Of a DNA stretch of 64,000 bases, positions 40,501 to 52,500 are shown piece by piece. The stretch's first letter is position 1. Every line of letters starts with the position of its first letter. The notes beneath the pieces are model-generated. The model did no database searches, was not told the origin of the DNA, and worked only from the letters and a program-made list of their open reading frames with translations. The translations under genes were made by a program, and so were the position numbers. Origin of the DNA: Nemertoderma westbladi (taxonomy: Eukaryota > Animalia > Xenacoelomorpha); NCBI GenBank assembly GCA_032718475.1, contig JAUCBJ010009140.1, forward strand, positions 52,488 through 116,487, in the 5' to 3' direction.

Positions 40501-43500
40501 TGATCTTCCACAGTAAACCCTTCCACTCTGTTTCCTAAAGGAATACCTGTTCACCACCATGGGTGATCTTCCACAGTAAACCCTTCCACTCTGTTTCCTA
40601 AAGGAGTGCCTGTTCAGCACCATGGGTGATCTTCCACAGTAAACCCTTCCACTCTGTTCTCCACCATGGGTGATCTTCCACAGTAAACCCTTCCACTCTG
40701 TTTCCTAAAGGAATGCCTGTTCACCACCATCAGTGATCTTCCACAGTAAACCCTTCCACTCTGTTTCCTAAAGGAATACCTGTTCACCACCATGGGTGAT
40801 TACTGATCTTCCACAGTAATCCNNNNNNNNNNNNNNNNNNNNNNNNNNNNNNNNNNNNNNNNNNNNNNNNNNNNNNNNNNNNNNNNNNNNNNNNNNNNNN
40901 NNNNNNNNNNNNNNNNNNNNNNATAGTAAACCCTTCCACTCTGTTACCTAAAGGAATGCCTGTTCTCCACCATGGGTGATCTTCCACAGTAAACCCTTCC
41001 ACTCTGGTTTGCTAAATGAATGCCTGTTCACCACCATGGTTGATCTTCCACAGTAAACCCTTCCACTCTGTTTTCTAAAGGAATGCCTGTTCTCCACCAT
41101 GGTTGATCTTCCACAGTAAACCCTTCCACTCTGTTTCCTAAAGGAATGCTTGTTCACCACCATGGTTGATCTTCCACAGTAAACCCTTCCACTCTGTTTC
41201 CTAAAGGAATGCCTGTTCACCACCATGGTTGATCTTCTACAGTAAACCCTTCCAATCTGTTTCCTAAAGGAGTGCCTGTTCAGCACCATGGGTGATCTTC
41301 CACAGTAAACCCTTCCACTCTGTTTCCTAAAGGAATACCTGTTCACCACCATGGGTGATCTTCCACAGTAAACCCTTCCACTCTGTTTCCTAAAGGAGTG
41401 CCTGTTCAGCACCATGGGTGATCTTCCACAGTAAACCCTTCCACTCTGTTCTCCACCATGGGTGATCTTCCACAGTAAACCCTTCCACTCTGTTTCCTAA
41501 AGGAATGCCTGTTCACCACCATCAGTGATCTTCCACAGTAAACCCTTCCACTCTGTTTCCTAAAGGAATACCTGTTCACCACCATGGGTGATTACTGATC
41601 TTCCACAGTAATCCCTTCCACTCTGTTTCCTAAAGGAGTTCCTGTTCAGCACCATGGGTGATCTTCCACAGTAAACCTTCCACTCTGTTTCCTAAAGGAA
41701 TACCTGTTCACCACCATGGGTGTGATCTTCCACAGTAAACCCTTCCACTCTGTTTCCTAAAGGAGTGCCTGTTCAGCACCATGGGTGATCTTCCACAGTA
41801 AACCCTTCCACTCTGTTTCCTAAAGGAATGCCTGTTCTCCACCATGGTTGATCTTCCACAGTAAACCCTTCCACTCTGTTTGCTAAATGAATGCCTGTTC
41901 ACCACCATGGGTGATCTTCCACAGTAAACCCTTCCACTCTGTTTCCTAAAGGAATGCTTGTTCACCACCATGGTTGATCTTCCACAGTAAACCCTTCCAC
42001 TCTGTTTCCTAAAGAAATGCCTGTTCACCACCATGGTTGATCTTCTACAGTAAACCCTTCCAATCTGTTTCCTAAAGGAATGCCTGTTCACCACCATGGT
42101 TGATCTTCTACAGTAAACCCTTCCAATCTGTTTCCTAAAGGAGTGCCTGTTCAGCACCATGGGTGATCTTCCACAGTAAACCCTTCCACTCTGTTTCCTA
42201 AAGGAATGCCTGTTCTCCACCATGGTTGATCTTCCACAGTAAACCCTTCCACTCTGTTTCCTAAAGGAATGCTTGTTCACCACCATGGTTGATCTTCCAC
42301 AGTAAACCCTTCCACTCTGTTTCCTAAAGGAATGCCTGTTCACCACCATGGTTGATCTTCTACAGTAAACCCTTCCAATCTGTTTCCTAAAGGAGTGCCT
42401 GTTCAGCACCATGGGTGATCTTCCACAGTAAACCCTTCCACTCTGTTTGCTAAATGAATGCCTGTTCACCACCATGGGTGATCTTCCACAGTAAACCCTT
42501 CCACTCTGTTTCCTAAAGGAATGCTTGTTCACCACCATGGTTGATCTTCCACAGTAAACCCTTCCACTCTGTTTCCTAAAGGAATGCCTGTTCACCACCA
42601 TGGTTGATCTTCTACAGTAAACCCTTCCAATCTGTTTCCTAAAGGAGTGCCTGTTCAGCACCATGGGTGATCTTCCACAGTAAACCCTTCCACTCTGTTT
42701 CCTAAAGGAATGCCTGTTCTCCACCATGGTTGATCTTCCACAGTAAACCCTTCCACTCTGTTTCCTAAAGGAATGCTTGTTCACCACCATGGTTGATCTT
42801 CCACAGTAAACCCTTCCACTCTGTTTGCTAAATGAATGCCTGTTCACCACCATGGTTGATCTTCCACAGTAAACCCTTCCACTCTGTTTCCTAAAGGAAT
42901 GCTTGTTCACCACCATGGTTGATCTTCCACAGTAAACCCTTCCACTCTGTTTCCTAAAGGAATACCTATTCACCACCATGGGTGATCTTCCACAGTAAAC
43001 CCTTCCACTCTGTTTCCTAAAGGAATGCCTGTTCTCCACCATGGGTGATCTTCCACAGTAAACCCTTCCACTCTGTTTCCTAAAGGAATGCCTGTTCACT
43101 ACCATGGTTGATCTTCCACAGTAAACCCTTCCACTCTGTTTCCTAAAGGAGTGCCTGTTCAGCACCATGGGTGATCTTCCACAGTAAACCCTTCCACTCT
43201 GTTTCCTAAAGGAATGCCTGTTCTCCACCATGGTTGATCTTCCACAGTAAACCCTTCCACTCTGTTTGCTAAATGAATGCCTGTTCACCACCATGGTTGA
43301 TCTTCCACAGTAAACCCTTCCACTCTGTTTCCTAAAGGAATGCTTGTTCACCACCATGGTTGATCTTCCACAGTAAACCCTTCCACTCTGTTTCCTAAAG
43401 GAATACCTATTCACCACCATGGGTGATCTTCCACAGTAAACCCTTCCACTCTGTTTCCTAAAGGAATGCCTGTTCTCCACCATGGGTGATCTTCCACAGT

Positions 43501-46500
43501 AAACCCTTCCACTCTGTTTCCTAAAGGAATGCCTGTTAACCACCATGGGTGATCTTCCATAGTAAACCCTTCCACTCTGTTACCTAAAGGAATGCCTGTT
43601 CTCCACCATGGGTGATCTTCCACAGTAAACCCTTCCACTCGGTTTGCTAAATGAATGCCTGTTCTCCACCATGGTTGATCTTCCACAGTAAACCCTTCCA
43701 CTCTGTTTCCTAAAGGAATACCTGTTCACCACCATGGGTGATCTTCCACAGTAAACCCTTCCACTCTGTTTCCTAAAGGAGTGCCTATTCAGCACCATGG
43801 GTGATGAACCACAGTAAACCCTTCCACTCTGTTCTCCACCATGGGTGATCTTCCACAGTAAACCCTTCCACTCTGTTTCCTAAAGGAATGCCTGTTCACC
43901 ACCATCAGTGATCTTCCACAGTAAACCCTTCCACTCTGTTTCCTAAAGGAATACCTGTTCACCACCATGGGTGATTACTGATCTTCCCAGTAATCCCTTC
44001 CACTCTGTTTCCTAAAGGAGTTCCTGTTCAGCACCATGGGTGATCTTCCACAGTAAACCTTCCACTCTGTTTCCTAAAGGAATACCTGTTCACCACCATG
44101 GGTGTGATCTTCCACAGTAAACCCTTCCACTCTGTTTCCTAAAGGAGTGCCTGTTCAGCACCATGGGTGATCTTCCACAGTAAACCCTTCCACTCTGTTT
44201 CCTAAAGGAATGCCTGTTCTCCACCATGGTTGATCTTCCACAGTAAACCCTTCCACTCTGTTTGCTAAATGAATGCCAGTTCACCACCATGGGTGATCTT
44301 CCACAGTAAACCCTTCCACTCTGTTTCCTAAAGGAATGCTTGTTCACCACCATGGTTGATCTTCCACAGTAAACCCTTCCACTCTGTTTCCTAAAGGAAT
44401 GCCTGTTCACCACCATGGTTGATCTTCTACAGTAAACCCTTCCAATCTCTTTCCTAAAGGAGTGCCTGTTCAGCACCATGGGTGATCTTCCACAGTAAAC
44501 CCTTCCACTCTGTTTCCTAAAGGAATGCCTGTTCTCCACCATGGTTGATCTTCCACAGTAAACCCTTCCACTCTGTTTCCTAAAGGAATGCTTGTTCACC
44601 ACCATGGTTGATCTTCCACAGTAAACCCTTCCACTCTGTTTGCTAAATGAATGCCTGTTCACCACCATGGTTGATCTTCCACAGTAAACCCTTCCACTCT
44701 GTTTCCTAAAGGAATGCTTGTTCACCACCATGGTTGATCTTCCACAGTAAACCCTTCCACTCTGTTTCCTAAAGGAATACCTATTCACCACCATGGGTGA
44801 TCTTCCACAGTAAACCCTTCCACTCTGTTTCCTAAAGGAATGCCTGTTCTCCACCATGGGTGATCTTCCACAGTAAACCCTTCCACTCTGTTTCCTAAAG
44901 GAATGCCTGTTAACCACCATGGGTGATCTTCCATAGTAAACCCTTCCACTCTGTTACCTAAAGGAATGCCTGTTCTCCACCATGGGTGATCTTCCACAGT
45001 AAACCCTTCCACTCGGTTTGCTAAATGAATGCCTGTTCTCCACCATGGTTGATCTTCCACAGTAAACCCTTCCACTCTGTTTTCTAAAGGAATGCCTGTT
45101 CTCCACCATGGTTGATCTTCCACAGTAAACCCTTCCACTCAGTTTCCTAAAGGAATGCTTGTTCACCACCATGGTTGATCTTCCACAGTAAACCCTTCCA
45201 CTCTGTTTCCTAAAGGAATGCCTGTTCACCACCATGGTTGATCTTCTACAGTAAACCCTTCCAATCTGTTTCCTAAAGGAGTGCCTGTTCAGCACCATGG
45301 GTGATCTTCCACAGTAAACCCTTCCACTCTGTTTCCTAAAGGAATGCCTGTTCTCCACCATGGGTGATCTTCCACAGTAAACCCTTCCACTCTGTTTGCT
45401 AAATGAATGCCTGTTCACTACTATGGTTGATCTTCCACAGTAAACCCTTCCACTCTGTTTCCTAAAGGAGTGCCTGTTCAGCACCATGGGTGATCTTCCA
45501 CAGTAAACCCTTCCACTCTGTTCTCCACCATGGGTGATCTTCCACAGTAAACCCTTCCACTCTGTTTCCTAAAGGAATGCCTGTTCACCACCATCAGTGA
45601 TCTTCCACAGTAAACCCTTCCACTCTGTTTCCTAAAGGAATACCTGTTCACCACCATGGGTGATTACTGATCTTCCACAGTAATCCCTTCCACTCTGTTT
45701 CCTAAAGGAGTTCCTGTTCAGCACCATGGGTGATCTTCCACAGTAAACCTTCCACTCTGTTTCCTAAAGGAATACCTGTTCACCACCATGGGTGATCTTC
45801 CACAGTAAACCCTTCCACTCTGTTTCCTAAAGGAGTGCCTGTTCAGCACCATGGGTGATCTTCCACAGTAAACCCTTCCACTCTGTTTCCTAAAGGAATG
45901 CCTGTTCTCCACCATGGTTGATCTTCCACAGTAAACCCTTCCACTCTGTTTGCTAAATAAATGCCTGTTCACCACCATGGGTGATCTTCCACAGTAAACC
46001 CTTCCACTCTGTTTCCTAAAGGAATGCTTGTTCACCACCATGGTTGATCTTCCACAGTAAACCCTTCCACTCTGTTTCCTAAAGGAATGCCTGTTCACCA
46101 CCATGGTTGATCTTCTACAGTAAACCCTTCCAATCTGTTTCCTAAAGGAATGCCTGTTCACCACCATGATTGATCTTCTACAGTAAACCCTTCCACTCTG
46201 TTTCCTAAAGGAGTGCCTGTTCAGCACCATGGGTGATCTTCCACAGTAAACCCTTCCACTCTGTTTCCTAAAGGAATGCCTGTTCTCCACCATGGTTGAT
46301 CTTCCACAGTAAACCCTTCCACTCTGTTTCCTAAAGGAATGCTTGTTCACCACCATGGTTGATCTTCCACAGTAAACCCTTCCACTCTGTTTCCTAAAGG
46401 AATGCCTGTTCACCACCATGGTTGATCTTCTACAGTAAACCCTTCCAATCTGTTTCCTAAAGGAGTGCCTGTTCAGCACCATGGGTGATCTTCCACAGTA

Positions 46501-49500
46501 AACCCTTCCACTCTGTTTGCTAAATGAATGCCTGTTCACCACCATGGTTGATCTTCCACAGTAAACCCTTCCACTCTGTTTCCTAAAGGAATGCTTGTTC
46601 ACCACCATGGTTGATCTTCCACAGTAAACCCTTCCACTCTGTTTCCTAAAGGAATACCTGTTCACCACCATGGTTGATCTTCCACAGTAAACCCTTCCAC
46701 TCTGTTTGCTAAATGAATGCCTGTTCACCACCATGGTTGATCTTCCACAGTAAACCCTTCCACTCTGTTTCCTAAAGGAATGCTTGTTCACCACCATGGT
46801 TGATCTTCCACAGTAAACCCTTCCACTCTGTTTCCTAAAGGAATACCTATTCACCACCATGGGTGATCTTCCACAGTAAACCCTTCCACTCTGTTTCCTA
46901 AAGGAATGCCTGTTCTCCACCATGGGTGATCTTCCACAGTAAACCCTTCCACTCTGTTTCCTAAAGGAATGCTTGTTCACCACCATGGTTGATCTTCCAC
47001 AGTAAACCCTTCCACTCTGTTTGCTAAATGAATGCCTGTTCACCACCATGGTTGATCTTCCACAGTAAACCCTTCCACTCTGTTTCCTAAAGGAATGCTT
47101 GTTCACCACCATGGTTGATCTTCCACAGTAAACCCTTCCACTCTGTTTCCTAAAGGAATACCTATTCACCACCATGGGTGATCTTCCACAGTAAACCCTT
47201 CCACTCTGTTACCTAAAGGAATGCCTGTTCTCCACCATGGGTGATCTTCCACAGTAAACCCTTCCACTCTGTTTGCTAAATGAATGCCTGTTCACCACCA
47301 TGGTTGATCTTCCACAGTAAACCCTTCCACTCTGTTTTCTAAAGGAATGCCTGTTCTCCACCATGGTTGATCTTCCACAGTAAACCCTTCCACTCTGTTT
47401 CCTAAAGGAATGCTTGTTCACCACCATGGTTGATCTTCCACAGTAAACCCTTCCACTCTGTTTCCTAAAGGAATGCCTGTTCACCACCATGGTTGATCTT
47501 CTACAGTAAACCCTTCCAATCCGTTTCCTAAAGGAGTGCCTGTTCAGCACCATGGGTGATCTTCCACAGTAAACCCTTCCACTCTGTTTCCTAAAGGAAT
47601 ACCTGTTCACCACCATGGGTGATCTTCCACACTAAACCCTTCCACTCTGTTTCCTAAAGGAGTGCCTGTTCAGCACCATGGGTGATCTTCCACAGTAAAC
47701 CCTTCCACTCTGTTCTCCACCATGGGTGATCTTCCACAGTAAACCCTCCCACTCTGTTTCCTAAAGGAATGCCTGTTCACCACCATCAGTGATCTTCCAC
47801 AGTAAACCCTTCCACTCTGTTTCCTAAAGGAATACCTGTTCACCACCATGGGTGATTACTGATCTTCCACAGTAATCCCTTCCACTCTGTTTCCTAAAGG
47901 AGTTCCTGTTCAGCACCATGGGTGATCTTCCACAGTAAACCTTCCACTCTGTTTCCTAAAGGAATACCTGTTCACCACCATGGGTGTGATCTTCCACAGT
48001 AAACCCTTCCACTCTGTTTCCTAAAGGAGTGCCTGTTCAGCACCATGGGTGATCTTCCACAGTAAACCCTTCCACTATGTTTCCTAAAGGAATGCCTGTT
48101 CTCCACCATGGTTGATCTTCCACAGTAAACCCTTCCACTCTGTTTGCTAAATGAATGCCTGTTCACCACCATGGGTGATCTTCCACAGTAAACCCTTCCA
48201 CTCTGTTTCCTAAAGGAATGCTTGTTCACCACCATGGTTGATCTTCCACAGTAAACCCTTCCACTCTGTTTCCTAAAGGAATGCCTGTTCACCACCATGG
48301 TTGATCTTCTACAGTAAACCCTTCCAATCTGTTTCCTAAAGGAATGCCTGTTCACCACCATGGTTGATCTTCTACAGTAAACCCTTCCAATCTGTTTCCT
48401 AAAGGAGTGCCTGTTCAGCACCATGGGTGATCTTCCACAGTAAACCCTTCCACTCTGTTTCCTAAAGGAATGCCTGTTCTCCACCATGGTTGATCTTCCA
48501 CAGTAAACCCTTCCACTCTGTTTCCTAAAGGAATGCTTGTTCACCACCATGGTTGATCTTCCACAGTAAACCCTTCCACTCTGTTTCCTAAAGGAATGCC
48601 TGTTCACCACCATGGTTGATCTTCTACAGTAAACCCTTCCAATCTGTTTCCTAAAGGAGTGCCTGTTCAGCACCATGGGTGATCTTCCACAGTAAACCCT
48701 TCCACTCTGTTTGCTAAATGAATGCCTGTTCACCACCATGGTTGATCTTCCACAGTAAACCCTTCCACTCTGTTTCCTAAAGGAATGCTTGTTCACCACC
48801 ATGGTTGATCTTCCACAGTAAACCCTTCCACTCTGTTTCCTAAAGGAATACCTGTTCACCACCATAGTTGATCTTCCACAGTAAACCCTTCCACTCTGTT
48901 TCCTAAAGGAATGCCTGTTCAACACCATGGGTGATCTTCCACAGTAAACCATTCCACTCTGTGTTTCCTAAAGGAATGCCTGTTCACCACCATGGGTGAT
49001 CTTCCACAGTAAACCCTTCCACTCTGTTTCCTAAAGGAATACCTGTTCACCACCATAGTTGATCTTCCACAGTAAACCCTTCCACTCTGTTTCCTAAAGG
49101 AATGCCTGTTCACCACCATGGGTGATCTTCCACAGTAAACCATTCCACTCTGTGTTTCCTAAAGGAATGCCTGTTCACCACCATGGGTGATCTTCCACAG
49201 TAAACCCTTCCACTCTGTTTCCCAAGTGCAGTCAAGGATCAAAGCCAAGGTTGGTCTAGGCTGAAGAATTTAAAGCACTGTGCCCAAATAGCGCTGCCCC
49301 ATCTAGGGATCGAACCAGGGCTTCCTAATTGGAAGCCCAGGCATGTCATCCATCACTAGACTAAGCTGCAAATTCGTCACTATATGCAACTGAATAAGAT
49401 TTATTTAATTGATAATTAAATTTGAAATCAACTAACCGATTCCAACATTGAAATTAATTTCTAAACTTACGTAACACGTTTGTAAACTAAGATTAATTGA

Positions 49501-52500
49501 CATTGACACTAACGTGTTTTGTTCATCGCACTCACCTGATCTCTTCTGTCCCTTTTCTAGCCATAATGGTTTAAAGCAGTCAGCAATAATTATCTTAACA
49601 TTGTGTTTGTGTTGGAGTTTGCGTCCGTGTTGGTTCGCTGTTTTGCCTGATCCCGTGGTGTACTTAGTCCATTTCCTGAAATTAACAACATTTAATCTGA
49701 TTAGGTTAACAAATGTGTGGTTTTTTTTTTCAATATAGTATTTTATAAATGAACAGCCCTGTTTAATTTTTTCTTGTTGATTTAGATCCCGAGTTTATCA
49801 AGGAACCCATGAATGACCCGAGCTGTTTTTTGCATCTCTTATTTAATTCTCAAAATATAAGTAGTCGGAAATTATTTTAAATTATAGATCCAGCCAATAT
49901 ATTTGTGCAATATCATAACTACCAAAATTCAAATTCTTAAAAACGAAGACTGCAGCCGTTGTTCCCAAACAATAACATACATAAATAACTGCCATATATT
50001 CACTTTTACTGTTTTCAGAATTTTACATTATTTAAAGAAAATAAATGAAGTAAAATTCAATAAAATTTTTTTTTTAATTTTAATAAAAATAACAAACAGG
50101 TGATTTAAAGAGGAGTGGGTGTTGACATAAACCCACCTTTTGTTAACTGCATAATTTGTTGATTTCTTCTCTCGGCCCAGACTGCAGGTGGAATTCCTAT
50201 CCTTCAAAGCTGCCGAAATATAAACATTATGTGAGTGAATGATATATTTTAAGATTTTTCATCCCCCACCCCCTCACTGCTTAAAATACACTTAGTAGTT
50301 TACGCTACTCCCTTTCTAGGCGAAAATTAACTACATTACTGCGGGGGGAGGGGGTAGTATACCATGCGCTGGTTATTAACTGGAGAGGGATGGATTTTGA
50401 TACGTCCACTGCTTGGGAAATAAACCATACGTCTGCATTGTCTTTTGGGAAATAAACTATACCTGGATGGTTTGTTGGGTAATAAACTATACCTGGATGG
50501 TTTGTTGGTAAATAAACTATACCTGGATGGTTTGTTGGGAAATAAACTATACCTGGAGCTGGATGGTTTGTTGGGAAATAAACTATACCTGGATGGTTTG
50601 TTGGGAAATAAACTATACCTGGATGGTTTGCTGGGAAATAAACTATACCTGGAGCTGGATGGTTTGTTGGGAAATAAACTATACCTGGATGGTTTGTTGG
50701 GAAATAAACTATACCTGGATGGTTTGTTGGTAAATAAACTATACCTGGATGGTTTGTTGGGAAATAAACTATACCTGGATGGTTTGTTGGGAAATAAACT
50801 ATACCTGGAGCTGGATGGTTTGTTGGGAAATAAACTATACCTGGATGGTTTGTTGGGAAATAAACTATACCTGGATGGTTTGTTGGGAAATAAACTATAC
50901 CTGGATGGTTTGTTGGGTAATAAACTATACCTGGATGGTCTGTTGGGTAATAAACTATACCTGGATGGTTTGTTGGGAAATAAACTATACCTGGATGGTT
51001 TGTTGGGAAATAAACTATACCTGGATGGTTTGTTGGGTAATAAACTATACCTGGATGGTATGTTGGGAAATAAACTATACCTGGATGGTCTGTTGGGAAA
51101 TAAACTATACCTGGATGGTCTGTTGGGAAATAAACTATACCTGGATGGTATGTTGGGAAATAAACTATACCTGGATGGTTTGTTGGGAAATAAACTATAC
51201 CTGGATGGTTTGTTGGGAAATAAACTATACCTGGATGGTTTGTTGGGAAATAAACTATACCTGGATGGTCTGTTGGGAAATAAACTATACCTGGATGGTA
51301 TGTTGGGAAATAAACTATACCTGGATGGTTTGTTGGGAAATAAACTATACCTGGATGGTTTGTTGGGAAATAAACTATACCTGGATGGTTTGTTGGGAAA
51401 TAAACTATACCTGGATGGTATGTTGGGAAATAAACTATACCTGGATGGTTTGTTGGGAAATAAACTATACCTGGATGGTCTGTTGGGAAATAAACTATAC
51501 CTGGATGGTCTGTTGGGAAATAAACTATACCTGGATGGTATGTTGGGAAATAAACTATACCTGGATGGTTTGTTGGGAAATAAACTATACCTGGATGGTT
51601 TGTTGGGAAATAAACTATACCTGGATGGTTTGTTGGGAAATAAACTATACCTGGAACGTCTGTTGGGAAATAAACCATACCTGGATGGTTTGTTGGGAAA
51701 TAAACTATACCTGGATGCGGATGGTTTGTTGGGAAATAAACTATACCTAGATGGTTTGTTGGGAAATAAACTATACCTGGATGGTTTGTTGGGAAATAAA
51801 CTATACCTGGATGGTTTGTTGGGAAATAAACTATACCTGGATGGTTTGTTGGTAAATAAACTATACCTGGATGGTCTGCTGGGAAATAAACTATACCTGG
51901 ATGGTTTGTTGGGTAATAAACTATACCTGGATGGTTTGTTGGGTAATAAACTATACCTGGATGGTTTGTTTTCTTAACGAATTTTCTCATCGTCTCATAA
52001 GGAACACCATTTTTGAAACACGAGTGCTTCAAACTGGATCCCTTTAGGTAGTCGCGGAAAGTGGCTTCTACTTGTTCGATACTATAATTCCTTTTCATAA
52101 ATATACATCCTGTTCCTGCACGGACACATAAAGACAATTAAAAAAGTCGGATCCCTACCTATACAAACAAAAACCTACACAAATGTACTATATAAACGGA
52201 ATACGCTCATAACAGGTGCTTAGATCTTGGCTCTTCCAGTAACCAATTTATCAAATTCGTACAAAACAAGTGATGTGATGGGCACTATTCTTTCCAATGC
52301 ATGGTAGGCTACTGTAGTTTGTGGGGCGAGTCACGAAGTCCAGGTGATCATTTGCGGACCGGTATAATTAGTGGACTGTCTGTCTTCGTCGCCTTCACCA
52401 AGGAAACAATAATGGGGAAACTTAAAAGTATAGGAATGTCATTTATGAGATAAGAGATATTCAACAACCCCTGCGTTATCGAGACACAAAAAAAACCATA

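Larger units (their letters stand above)
28891..49368 (-). mobile_element. tRNA-derived SINE whose body contains the 20-kb satellite expansion
   Basis: Head at about 49368-49295 (GCAGCTTAGTCTAGTGATGG...GGTTCGATCCC); the body runs directly into the first 63-bp unit; after the last unit comes CCTTGGCTTAACAGCCTAAAAGATTCTCACATTCATTCAT; flanking direct repeat CAAATTC at 28884-28890 and 49369-49375. Confidence 0.75.

Noticed and set aside
28920-49143. Many minus-strand ORFs with the MVVNRHSFRKQSGRVYCGRSP repeat
   Set aside because: A 63-bp unit is a multiple of 3; the frames are repeatedly broken by indels and stops, and the unit derives from a SINE body.
49295-49368. Functional tRNA genes here and at about 19735, 24590, 25650 and 28020
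   Set aside because: A and B boxes are present but the cloverleaf stems are broken; these are SINE heads or pseudogenes.
11915-51970. CRISPR array interpretation of the 30-, 63- or 67-bp repeats
   Set aside because: Units are head-to-tail with no unique spacers, there are no cas genes, and the context is eukaryotic with introns.
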